Source of the DNA: an uncultured Candidatus Poseidoniales archaeon
GTDB taxonomy: Archaea; Thermoplasmatota; Poseidoniia; Poseidoniales; Thalassarchaeaceae
Assembly: GCA_964585295.1 (NCBI GenBank)
Contig: CAZPCY010000002.1
Location: 102,745-166,744 of the forward strand
Direction of reading: 5' to 3'
DNA: 64,000 nucleotides
Shown here in pieces: positions 29,331 through 38,508 of the stretch (within the stretch, counting starts at the first letter, position 1; every line of letters begins with the position of its first letter). The position numbers were made by a program, and so were the translations under genes. The notes below the pieces were generated by a model. That model was not told the DNA's origin. It did no database searches and worked only from the letters and a program-made list of their open reading frames with translations.

Positions 29331-29966
29331 ATGATGTCCATACGTGAATCGAAGATTGGACAACTGACAGAGTCGTTGGCTTCCGATTCCCCCACCCCCG
29401 GCGGAGGTTCGGCTGCAGCCATTGCCCTTTCACAGGCATTTGCATTGGCTGCTATGGTCTCGGGTCTAACCATCGGCAGGGAAAGATGGAAGGAAGGATG
29501 GAAGGCCGCAGAAGCCGTGCTTGAGATAGCTGGACCTGAAGCCAGAATTTGGGCGCTATCTGCAGCGGATCGGGATGCAGAGGCATTCGATCAGGTGATG
29601 GCTGCCTTCAGATTGCCTAAAGGTGACGAATCATCAATCAAGAGTAGATCGATGGCAATTCAGAGGGCTACGATTCTAGCTGCAGAGGTACCAATGGAGG
29701 TGTCCGATCGTGCAATTGCACTCCTCTCTGCTTTGCAACCCTTAGCTCAACTTGGCAACTCAAATGCCATCACGGATGTGGCGGTTTCGGCTCTTCTCGC
29801 CCACGGAGCAGCCGTAGGAGCCGGCTTGAACGTAGCAATCAACGCCTCATCTCTGCCGGACTCAATCGGTGCCCCGATGATGGATCGCGTCTCTAGAATC
29901 CGTCACAAGTCCGAGACAACGCTCGCAGATGTTCTGACCACTGTCGATGAGCGGATGAGGGAATGA
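29331..29966 (+). CDS. Formimidoyltetrahydrofolate cyclodeaminase
   Basis: LASDSPTPGGGSAAA, D..AF..VM.AF.LPK, GNSNAITD, NV.IN; preceded by GGTGAT. Confidence 0.9.
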   Translation: MMSIRESKIGQLTESLASDSPTPGGGSAAAIALSQAFALAAMVSGLTIGRERWKEGWKAAEAVLEIAGPEARIWALSAADRDAEAFDQVMAAFRLPKGDESSIKSRSMAIQRATILAAEVPMEVSDRAIALLSALQPLAQLGNSNAITDVAVSALLAHGAAVGAGLNVAINASSLPDSIGAPMMDRVSRIRHKSETTLADVLTTVDERMRE

Positions 29967-29967
29967 G

Positions 29968-31989
29968 ATGGCGGATCTATCCAGTCTCGCGTTGGGCATA
30001 CCTGACAATATTCCCGAACATCCTGGAATCACGCCTGACATCGATCATGCTCCGGATCTTCCCATCAAACTGCAACCCGAAGAGAGGGCTCTGGCCTTGA
30101 GGAATGCGCTTCGATACTTCCCTGAGGAATGGCATCCAGACCTCGTTACAGAATTTGTCGAGGAACTATCGAACAGGGGCAGAATCCGAATGATGCGCTT
30201 CAGACCAACCGATATAGAAATGCGTGCCCACTCAATCGATGACTACCCCGCCTCATCTAGACAAGCAGCTGCAATCATGATGATGATTCAGAATAATCTG
30301 GACCCTATGGTCGCCCAGTACCCTGAGGAACTGATAACGTACGGCGGCAATGGTTCCGTGTTCCAGAATTGGGCTCAGTATCGATTGACCATGGCTTATC
30401 TATCTAGAATGAGTGATGAGCAGACACTGGTCATCTATTCCGGACATCCATTGGGATTGTTCCCAAGCAGCCCGGGAGCACCTAGGCTCGTGGTGACCAA
30501 CGGTATGGTAATACCAAATCACTCATCCACTGAGGACTTCGACCGAATGCACGCAATGGGAGTGACGCAATACGGTCAGATGACGGCTGGATCCTACATG
30601 TACATTGGACCACAGGGGATCGTACACGGTACGACGATAACGCTGCTGAACGCCGCTAGGAGGTATCTTAGTAGAGCAGAGGGGAATCTACGGGGTATCA
30701 CCTATGTCACCAGTGGTTTGGGTGGAATGAGTGGGGCACAAGCCAAGGCCGCTGTGATAGCAGGAGCATCATCCATCATCGCCGAAGTAAATCCGATTGC
30801 AGCGAAAAAGAGACTACAACAAGGATGGTTAATGGAACTCACCTTCGATCTCGATGAAGCCATCAATCGGATGATTTGCGCAGCCGACGAGGGTCAACCT
30901 TTGAGCATCGGTTATGTCGGTAATGTCGTCGATCTATGGGAGCGCCTTGTAGAGAGGGATATCCGCGTAGACCTAGGTAGCGACCAAACTAGCCTGCACA
31001 ATCCTTCGGGTGGAGGATACATACCAGTTGGCTACGGATATGATGATGCGATGGAGATGCTAAGTCGTTCTAGATCCGAGTACATGGATGCTGTCTCTCA
31101 AAGCCTCAAGCGACAAGTCTCCGCAATAGATTCGATGTCGGACCGTGGGATGAAATTCTGGGATTATGGAAACGCATTCCTACTCGAAGCGGAGCGAGCC
31201 GGTTGTCATCTAGGAGATGGAGAGGGTGGATTCAGGTACCCATCCTATGTTGAGGACATAATGGGCCCGATGTGCTTCGATCTAGGATTCGGGCCGTTCC
31301 GCTGGGTCTGTTGTTCAGGAGCACAGGGGGATCTAGACTTGACCGACTCGTTAGCGGAGGAGGTGCTCAAGAACATGGTGTCTGAGGCGTCTACTGTCAC
31401 AGTTAGGCAAATCGAAGACAATCTCCACTGGATTAAGAACGCTGGCGATTATGATCTTGTGGTAGGGAGCCAAGCCAGAATCCTATACGCTGATTCTGAA
31501 GGCCGGAGACGAATCGCAAAATCATTCCATCAGGCTATCCGAGATGGAAGGTTGCAAGGCCCGGTTGTTCTAGGTAGGGATCATCACGATGTCAGTGGCA
31601 CCGACAGCCCTTACAGAGAGACTGCGAACATAAGAGATGGGTCCATGTTCACCGCTGACATGTCCGTCCACAATTTCGTCGGTGACGCAGTCAGGGGGGC
31701 AACATGGGTAAGCCTCCACAACGGAGGGGGTGTCGGCTGGGGCGAGGTAATCAACGGAGGGTTCGGACTACTTTTGGACGGTAGCGATGAGAGCATGGCG
31801 AGGGCGGAGTCGATGTTGGCATGGGATGTGGACAACGGCGTCGCAAGAAGGGCTTGGGCTAGGAACGAAGGCGCAATCGATACCATACGCAGAGCGATGC
31901 AATCTGACAATGGATTGGAGGTCACGATTCCCAATTCTGCAGACGACGGAATCATATCCATGGCTCTTGAGAGATGGATTGGAGAGTGA
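29968..31989 (+). CDS. hutU: Urocanate hydratase (long form)
   Basis: ELITYGG, GQMTAGS..YIGPQGIVHGT, SDQTS.HN, GRDHHDVSGTDSP, HNGGGVGWG. Confidence 0.97.
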   Translation: MADLSSLALGIPDNIPEHPGITPDIDHAPDLPIKLQPEERALALRNALRYFPEEWHPDLVTEFVEELSNRGRIRMMRFRPTDIEMRAHSIDDYPASSRQAAAIMMMIQNNLDPMVAQYPEELITYGGNGSVFQNWAQYRLTMAYLSRMSDEQTLVIYSGHPLGLFPSSPGAPRLVVTNGMVIPNHSSTEDFDRMHAMGVTQYGQMTAGSYMYIGPQGIVHGTTITLLNAARRYLSRAEGNLRGITYVTSGLGGMSGAQAKAAVIAGASSIIAEVNPIAAKKRLQQGWLMELTFDLDEAINRMICAADEGQPLSIGYVGNVVDLWERLVERDIRVDLGSDQTSLHNPSGGGYIPVGYGYDDAMEMLSRSRSEYMDAVSQSLKRQVSAIDSMSDRGMKFWDYGNAFLLEAERAGCHLGDGEGGFRYPSYVEDIMGPMCFDLGFGPFRWVCCSGAQGDLDLTDSLAEEVLKNMVSEASTVTVRQIEDNLHWIKNAGDYDLVVGSQARILYADSEGRRRIAKSFHQAIRDGRLQGPVVLGRDHHDVSGTDSPYRETANIRDGSMFTADMSVHNFVGDAVRGATWVSLHNGGGVGWGEVINGGFGLLLDGSDESMARAESMLAWDVDNGVARRAWARNEGAIDTIRRAMQSDNGLEVTIPNSADDGIISMALERWIGE

Positions 31990-31999
31990 GGTGATCGGC

Positions 32000-33553
32000 T
32001 TGGATGTTATCGAAATCGATGGAGGGTCTCTCTCATTGGAGAATGCAATCTCGGCAGCGAGGGGAGACTTGGTGTTGTCCCTTTCCAATGGTGCACGTGA
32101 AAGGGTAGATGAAGCACGATTATTCATCGAATCAATCATCGATGATGGTGTGAGCACCTATGGAGTGAACACCGGTTTCGGTGACCTATGCAACACACCG
32201 ATAAGCGACGACTCCCTTGAAGATCTACAGGTCAATCTAGTCCGCAGTCACGCCTGTGGCCTTGGAGACCCAATGCATCCCGAGGATGTCATGCTCATGA
32301 TGGCGTTCAGAGCGAACTCCCTTGCATCCGGTCACTCCGGAATCAGAAGCGGGGTAATCGATACCCTACTTACTTGCATCTCGGAGGGAATCGCGCCTAG
32401 GGTGCCTAGAATTGGGTCATTGGGTGCTTCCGGGGATCTTGCCCCACTAGCCCATGTTGCCCTAGGACTGATTGGTGAGGGAGAGGCCTACATCAGAATG
32501 GATTCCGATAGAAGCCACGGCGAGTTCGATGGCTGGCGGAGAACGAAAATGGATGGAGCCATGGCACTATCGGGAATTCAACCAGTACGACTACTTGCTA
32601 AAGAGGGTCTTTCCCTCATTAACGGCACCAGTCAAATGTGCGCTTGGCTCTCCTTGAGCCTCATAGCAAGCGAGAATTTGACAATAGCGGCAGACGCTGC
32701 ACTCGCCACATCTATCGAGGCAGTCAAGGGAAGTGAGAAGCCTTTCCATCCTGGGATTCACGCGGCTAGGCCACATACAGGTCAGTCCGAATCGGCATCG
32801 AGAGTTAGGAATCACCTTGAGGGATCTCAGAACATCGCTTCTCACGCCGATTGCGAAAAGGTTCAGGATGCTTACGCATTCCGTTGTGGTGCACAGGTTC
32901 ATGGTCCAGTAATCGAACGCCTTTCTAACACCCGTAGAATCTTGGAGATCGAGATCAACAGCGCCACCGACAACCCTCTAGTCGTTGGTGAGGGGGAACA
33001 AAGGGAAGTGATCAGTGGTGGCAATTTCCATGGTGAGATTCTGGCGCTGGCAGCAGATGACATGGCGCTGTGCATGCATGAGATTGCATCGATATCTGAA
33101 CGGCGGATCGATGGAGTCCTCGATTCTTCCTCCAGTGGCCTTCCGCCATTCCTAGCTACGGAGCCAGGAGTCGAGAATGGTATGATGATTCTGCAATACT
33201 CCAGTGCAGCAGTGCTCGCCGAGATGCGGATTTACACCACTCCGGCGACTGCGAACAACATTCCAGTATCGGCCGGACAAGAGGACCACGTCTCGATGGG
33301 GGCAACAGCCGCATGGTCTGCACTGAACAACGCTAGACTATGTGCGAAGATCATTGCAGCAGAATTAATCGTAGGTTGCGCAGCAATCGATTTAATTCCA
33401 GAGAAACCCGGATTGGGTGTTGCGAAGGTCCACGCATGGATTCGAGACATGGTACCTCCAATGGAAGGTGATCGACCTCTTGGGGAGGAAATCGAACTTG
33501 TCGCTTCCGCACTCTTATCCGGTGCACTGAATGATGTCATTGGGCCGTCATAG
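32000..33553 (+). CDS. hutH: Histidine ammonia-lyase
   Basis: YGVNTGFG, MIO motif GASGDLAPL, KEGLSLINGT, QDAY, SATDNP, SGGNFHG, EDHVSM. TTG start follows GAGGTGA. Confidence 0.96.
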   Translation: MDVIEIDGGSLSLENAISAARGDLVLSLSNGARERVDEARLFIESIIDDGVSTYGVNTGFGDLCNTPISDDSLEDLQVNLVRSHACGLGDPMHPEDVMLMMAFRANSLASGHSGIRSGVIDTLLTCISEGIAPRVPRIGSLGASGDLAPLAHVALGLIGEGEAYIRMDSDRSHGEFDGWRRTKMDGAMALSGIQPVRLLAKEGLSLINGTSQMCAWLSLSLIASENLTIAADAALATSIEAVKGSEKPFHPGIHAARPHTGQSESASRVRNHLEGSQNIASHADCEKVQDAYAFRCGAQVHGPVIERLSNTRRILEIEINSATDNPLVVGEGEQREVISGGNFHGEILALAADDMALCMHEIASISERRIDGVLDSSSSGLPPFLATEPGVENGMMILQYSSAAVLAEMRIYTTPATANNIPVSAGQEDHVSMGATAAWSALNNARLCAKIIAAELIVGCAAIDLIPEKPGLGVAKVHAWIRDMVPPMEGDRPLGEEIELVASALLSGALNDVIGPS

Positions 33554-34576
33554 GTGCCCGGCGGATTCCAACCGGTCCAATTCTCCTTCTACGGAATCCA
33601 AGGCTGTAAGTTGGAATGCCCTGAAGCGCAACTTTGCTACCTTGATGGAGAATCTCGGTCGTTCCAACCGATGGATTCTCTGAAGGCATTCGACCGCTCT
33701 TCGGACCTTATCTTCCACCTCGATATAAACTTCGGACCTGGCCTCACCTTCGAGTCCCAACGCCAATTCGACCATGGATACATCGAAGCCCTGTGCCGAC
33801 CACTGTTCCATCCTCTTCTCAAGTAGAGATTCATCGAGCGCAGCAGGAGGTATCCTACTGAGAATCTCTGGAGGCTCGCAATCGATTCTAGTCTTGTCGG
33901 CGAGATTTCCAGCGTTCACAGTTGATTCAAATTCCTCGATTGTTTCAGACGAGTTTGTACCGCTAATCTCGGATTCAGCTTCAGGTATGGTGTGTTTGAA
34001 CACGAGTGATTCCGAGGACAGAGACTCAGGATTCTGAACATCCTTCCCGCTGGAATCGGAATCAGAACTCGAAATGATCGCTCCCCTGAACCTAGATGCG
34101 CGATTCGTCGGACTTGCGGCAATCAACGGTGTTGCCTCTCTTCGAATCCTCGCATGTTCGGTGTCCTCCAGAGTAAGGGGGTCCATGGTGAGCACGATTG
34201 CCCATTGGGTCCCTCTCGTCGTATCGACTATGCGGCGCACGAACTTCAGGGCTGGTTCAAAACCGTGCAGATTTACCAAAATACCGAGCCCCTCTATCCA
34301 AATCACGCCTCGACCGTTCTGTATCTCACGTTCACACTCCGCATGGAGGTGCTCTAGAGATGGGTCAATCGAATCTGGGTAATCCCGCTCAGTCATCCAC
34401 AGATGCCTTTTCGATGTTGGAAATGCAGAATCTTGGAATCTCTTTGCGGGTCGCCTTGAGATGATCAGCAGTCGATCAGCAACATCCAGTTCGGACGCCA
34501 AAGATGCGAGCCGATGGTCGATGTCGTCTCCTGAGTGAGACCAGACTCTCCCTCGTTCGATAGCCACCGTTCCCAA
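33548..34576 (-). CDS. DUF835 (KaiC/RecA-like) domain protein with C-terminal helical domain
   Basis: LIISR, LWMT..IDP, VIWIEGL..L...GFE pattern; WSAQGFDVS motif. Confidence 0.75.
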   Translation of the reverse strand: MGTVAIERGRVWSHSGDDIDHRLASLASELDVADRLLIISRRPAKRFQDSAFPTSKRHLWMTERDYPDSIDPSLEHLHAECEREIQNGRGVIWIEGLGILVNLHGFEPALKFVRRIVDTTRGTQWAIVLTMDPLTLEDTEHARIRREATPLIAASPTNRASRFRGAIISSSDSDSSGKDVQNPESLSSESLVFKHTIPEAESEISGTNSSETIEEFESTVNAGNLADKTRIDCEPPEILSRIPPAALDESLLEKRMEQWSAQGFDVSMVELALGLEGEARSEVYIEVEDKVRRAVECLQRIHRLERPRFSIKVAKLRFRAFQLTALDSVEGELDRLESAGHL

Positions 34577-34726
34577 CTCATCGCAAGATGCGGGTTCGGC
34601 CGCCCTTCAACCATTCCCCATCCATCCTATCGGGCGCTCTCTATGACCCCGTTGCTTGCATGAACGGTTATATCGCCGACCGCCATCCTAGGTTCGCGGT
34701 ACCAACTGGGCCGGGGTGGCGAATGC

Positions 34727-36619
34727 ATGGGAGAGTCCGAAGACGACATCGAAATGGCCACTTGTGGAGCTTGCCAAGCGGTAATCCCTCTCGACTCATC
34801 AGGATGCCCCGCGTGCGGCGTTTCATTCACTGGTGTAATGGAGGATGACCTCGGAGAATGCGGTGCCTGCGGTGCCTTGGTCAGTCTCGATTCCAGCGAA
34901 TGCCCCCAATGTGGTGTTCTCTTCGTACATGATGATGTCATCGCTGTATTGCGCGAGTGGATGCAGAACACCGGTTTCACGGTAGACCAGTTGTTCGGCA
35001 GATTCGATGAGGATGGCGATGGGAGCATAGACACGGATGAGTTGCGCAATGGCCTCGTGGCGATGAGGATCGCAGTCCTACCACCCGTCGAAGTAGATCG
35101 ATTAATCGCGATTATCGATGCAGACGGCAATGGCACCATTGAGATGGAGGAGTTGCACGCAGTTCTATCCGATGGCGATGCCGAAGACTCGGTGGGCGAA
35201 GCCGCCTCCGGAGATACTGAAGAGGATGCAGCCGAAACAGATGATGCTGAAGAGGAAGCGGATTCTGTAACCGACCTAGCCGCCATCGCAGCGATGGTCG
35301 AAGATGAGGAGGAATCCTCTGATGATGTTGAGGCGGATGAAGATGAATCATCCGATGAACCAGAGGGAACGACAGAAGCATCTGAGACAGAAGAGCCCGA
35401 GGATGTTCAAGATTCCACAGAAGAGGAAATTTCCGAGGAAGATGACGACTTGGATGAAGACATCGAGGCGGACGTACTTGAGGATGAACTAGAAGCTGAC
35501 AAAGAAGTAGAGCAGGTTGAAGAATCCGGAGACGATGAAGCAGATACGGAGGAAATCTCCGACGAAGATGGCTTAGAATCTGATGAAGACGCAGAATCGG
35601 ATGTTGACGATGAATCGAATGATGAAGAGGAATCAGCTGAAGACGAATCAACCGATGAAGATGAAGAATCCGACGAGATCGAATCGGAAGAAGATGAGAG
35701 CTCCGAGGAGGATGAAGAATCCGCTGCAGAGGACGATTCGAGAACTGCCTCAGAACCTCAACCTTGGCAAATATTCCTGATGAAGAACTACGAGAATTTC
35801 TTCCCGATAATGTATGTAATAGGATCCATCCTGCTTCTCGGAGCCGCCGCGAATGCAATGGTTGGCCCGGTGGATGGAACAGCCGGAGTCATAGCATACG
35901 ACGGTGATGCCACAACCACATACGACTTCAACTGGGATGATGAGGCAATCAAATCCATGGTGACGAGCGCCGGCTACGAATTGAGCGGCTCCGTCGAACC
36001 TGGTGAGAATTATCCCTGCGATCCGGAAATCCAATTGTCGAAGTGCAGAAATTCACTTACCCCGTTATCCGGGACATCCAGCTCTATGCCCCTCGGATGG
36101 TATTGGGATGGTGTTCTTGGAACCATTCTGGCGGTCGCGATGTTGGCAGTTACTGCGTTAGTTCAGAATCGCATCAAGTCGATGAGGGCCGAGGTTCGCA
36201 AGGATAGTAGTGATTCTACTGAGGACAATCAGGAAGATGATTCTGGGGAAGAGGATAGTGTCAATGATGATGACCCGGAATCCGCCGTAGACCAAGAGGA
36301 CGAAGTCGAACAGGTCGAATCCGAGGATGAAGAAGAGGATGAGGAACCGGAACTCGACGATTCGGAATCAGAAGATGAAGAGGAACTAGAGGACGAGGAT
36401 GATTCCGAAGAGGAGGAAGATGACGATGAAGAATCCGAGGATGATGAGGATGATGACGAAGTCGATATCGGAGACCGAGTCGGTGTCGTGATTGATGGTG
36501 AGGACATGTGGGGCGAAATTGTCGACTTCGATGGGGATGACAATGTCATCGTGCTCCTAGAGGAGAACGACGAGGAAGTCACCGTCGACTGGGACGATCT
36601 GTTCCTCGACGAGGATTGA
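34727..36619 (+). CDS. Highly acidic two-TM protein with double Zn ribbon, EF-hand pair and C-terminal SH3/KOW-like domain
   Basis: Four CxxC pairs; DEDGDGSIDTDEL and DADGNGTIEMEEL; long D/E tracts; two TM helices; VDIGDRVGV..WGEIV. Confidence 0.82.
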   Translation: MGESEDDIEMATCGACQAVIPLDSSGCPACGVSFTGVMEDDLGECGACGALVSLDSSECPQCGVLFVHDDVIAVLREWMQNTGFTVDQLFGRFDEDGDGSIDTDELRNGLVAMRIAVLPPVEVDRLIAIIDADGNGTIEMEELHAVLSDGDAEDSVGEAASGDTEEDAAETDDAEEEADSVTDLAAIAAMVEDEEESSDDVEADEDESSDEPEGTTEASETEEPEDVQDSTEEEISEEDDDLDEDIEADVLEDELEADKEVEQVEESGDDEADTEEISDEDGLESDEDAESDVDDESNDEEESAEDESTDEDEESDEIESEEDESSEEDEESAAEDDSRTASEPQPWQIFLMKNYENFFPIMYVIGSILLLGAAANAMVGPVDGTAGVIAYDGDATTTYDFNWDDEAIKSMVTSAGYELSGSVEPGENYPCDPEIQLSKCRNSLTPLSGTSSSMPLGWYWDGVLGTILAVAMLAVTALVQNRIKSMRAEVRKDSSDSTEDNQEDDSGEEDSVNDDDPESAVDQEDEVEQVESEDEEEDEEPELDDSESEDEEELEDEDDSEEEEDDDEESEDDEDDDEVDIGDRVGVVIDGEDMWGEIVDFDGDDNVIVLLEENDEEVTVDWDDLFLDED

Positions 36620-36623
36620 CCCC

Positions 36624-36935
36624 ATGACCGGTGACCTGCTCTCTGCATTCGATGGACTAGAGGTATGCGCGGACTGTGGAACACTGCAGCAGATTCTGAC
36701 TTTGCGGTGTCCGGAGTGTGGAAGATTCCACTCATCCACCATGGTCCGAAAAGAAGCAACGGTCGAAGAAGCGAGGTCGGAGGCTAGGGGTCGAGACAGA
36801 CTTCCCATAGACCCCTCTCATTACTCATTGAATCCTACTTCACCTCTATTCGATGAGGAAGAGGACGAGCAAAGCTCGACTGTTTCAAGGCCTTGGCAGG
36901 GTGGAGTAACGGATTTCGCATTTGAGGAGGAGTGA
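36624..36935 (+). CDS. Small Zn-ribbon protein
   Basis: CADCG...CPECG; lies 4 bp after the upstream gene and overlaps the AlaX start. Confidence 0.7.
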   Translation: MTGDLLSAFDGLEVCADCGTLQQILTLRCPECGRFHSSTMVRKEATVEEARSEARGRDRLPIDPSHYSLNPTSPLFDEEEDEQSSTVSRPWQGGVTDFAFEEE

Positions 36936-37648
36936 GCATGGATGATTCCGCTCTCTTGGAATCACATCCAGGTACCAATCCATCGGAATTCACCGCCAAT
37001 GTGATAGAAGTTGATTCCCATTCCATACGGCTTGATAGAACAATGTTCCACGCTATAGGGGGGGGTCAACCAGCAGATCACGGCTCCCTCATCACGGAAG
37101 GTTGTGAAGTGGCGGTGCTGGACGTCACAGGAAGAGGCAGGATACAGCACATCATCGATGTACCGGATTTGAGCGTTGGAGACGCGGTCCTTGGTCGCAT
37201 AGACGTAGACCGGCGAAACACACTCTCAATGATGCATACAGCACAGCATCTAGTATCAGCTCACGCCGATCTTCTATGGTCTGCAGAGACTGTTGGCAAC
37301 CAGATAGGCACCGAGAAGACTCGAATCGATCTTAGATTCCCTGACCGCGATGCCTTCAATCGCGAGGCGTTACAGGAGGCGGTTAACGAATCGATCAAGG
37401 ATGGCATGCCTGTTACCATGGATTTCAGGGATAGATCGGAACTGATGGAGGATCCTCTTGTGCGCGTCAACATGGATAGAATGCCGCCATCAATCGACCG
37501 ATGGAGAGTTATTGAGATCGGAGATCTTGATAGGTGCCCATGTGCTGGAACACATGTCTCATCAACCGCCATGATTCCAGCGATTGAGATTACCAGAGTC
37601 AAGTCGAAGGGCGCAGGGAAATTGAGGATTGAGTACTCGACCAACTGA
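36932..37648 (+). CDS. Alanyl-tRNA editing protein (AlaX-M)
   Basis: GGGQP.D.G, MHTAQH, CPCAGTHV, KSKG. Confidence 0.93.
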   Translation: MSMDDSALLESHPGTNPSEFTANVIEVDSHSIRLDRTMFHAIGGGQPADHGSLITEGCEVAVLDVTGRGRIQHIIDVPDLSVGDAVLGRIDVDRRNTLSMMHTAQHLVSAHADLLWSAETVGNQIGTEKTRIDLRFPDRDAFNREALQEAVNESIKDGMPVTMDFRDRSELMEDPLVRVNMDRMPPSIDRWRVIEIGDLDRCPCAGTHVSSTAMIPAIEITRVKSKGAGKLRIEYSTN

Positions 37649-37666
37649 ACGAGGGAAAAATCGAGG

Positions 37667-37739
37667 TGGGCTTGCCAGGAATTGAACCTGGGATCTTCGC
37701 CATGTCAAGGCGACGTCATCACCCCTAGACCACAAGCCC
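37667..37739 (-). tRNA. tRNA-Val(GAC)
   Basis: Minus-strand GGGCTTG...CAAGCCC-A acceptor stem, TCGCC-TTGACAT-GGCGA anticodon arm, GGTTCAATTCC T-arm. No intron; CCA not fully encoded. Confidence 0.95.
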
Positions 37740-37814
37740 AGAGCGTCCTCGCCTGCGAGATTCTGTTCATGAAACATTCGCACCCGATTGGGGTATCAGA
37801 CGTGGCTGGATTGA

Positions 37815-37967
37815 TTATCCTATGATCTTCGATAATCGACCATCGCATCCATCTTGTGAACAAGTCCCGAACACACGCTTCCTACCGTTACTCATGGTCG
37901 CGTGTTGAGGGTCGACCATAGTTCCATATGTCTTGCACTTCAGACAGAACCCCTGATAGTCAGCCAT
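37815..37967 (-). CDS. 50-aa Zn-ribbon microprotein, DUF5679-like
   Basis: Manual translation: MADYQGFCLKCKTYGTMVDPQHATMSNGRKRVFGTCSQDGCDGRLSKIIG*. Below the ORF-track length cutoff. Confidence 0.8.
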   Translation of the reverse strand: MADYQGFCLKCKTYGTMVDPQHATMSNGRKRVFGTCSQDGCDGRLSKIIG

Positions 37968-38508
37968 CGAAGACATTCCATCGGAGTTCGGCTTTCAACC
38001 CTGCGGAAATCAAGTTCTCTTGAGATGGGTACGAGGCGCTCTCTGAACTGGTCGGATGTGAGCCACTAAGCTATCATCATTAGAATTCACAGTGCCGCGC
38101 GGCTGCATTGGCTTGGAAATCGCTCATATCTGGGTTCTGAAGTACCAAAAGAGGCAAAATCGTTGGGTCTTCGGGCCGATAATGTCGGTTATCGGCACCC
38201 CATTCATCGATGAAAACAGACAATGACGAGATCAATGACATCACTAGAGCTCGTGATGAGTGGAAACTGTGTAATCTAGGCGTTCCAATAACGAATGTGT
38301 CGTTGAAGCATCTTGGTTGGGCCGTTAAAGAAGGGGGGGGCGGTGGCCAAAACTCCCAAATTATGAATTAATTGACTAGAGTGTTTTATTCCCACTTCAA
38401 ATCATAAGTCATTAATCTAATGAGTTTTCCATTGAATTAGAATAGATCCAATAAATTAGCCAATATGATGACATCCCTGAATTTTGGAAGGAGTTAGAAT
38501 CAATCCAA

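Noticed and set aside
31787..31999. N-terminal extension of HutH overlapping hutU
   Set aside because: ORF-caller artefact; an SD-like GAGGTGA and TTG at 32000 give a normal-length enzyme.
35200..36480. GAT/GAA-rich repeats as a CRISPR array or DNA tandem repeat
   Set aside because: Explained by Asp/Glu codons; no constant repeat-spacer periodicity.
37600..38500. Integrated element at tRNA-Val
   Set aside because: No integrase, no duplicated tRNA 3' end seen, and the AlaX gene directly abuts the tRNA 3' side.
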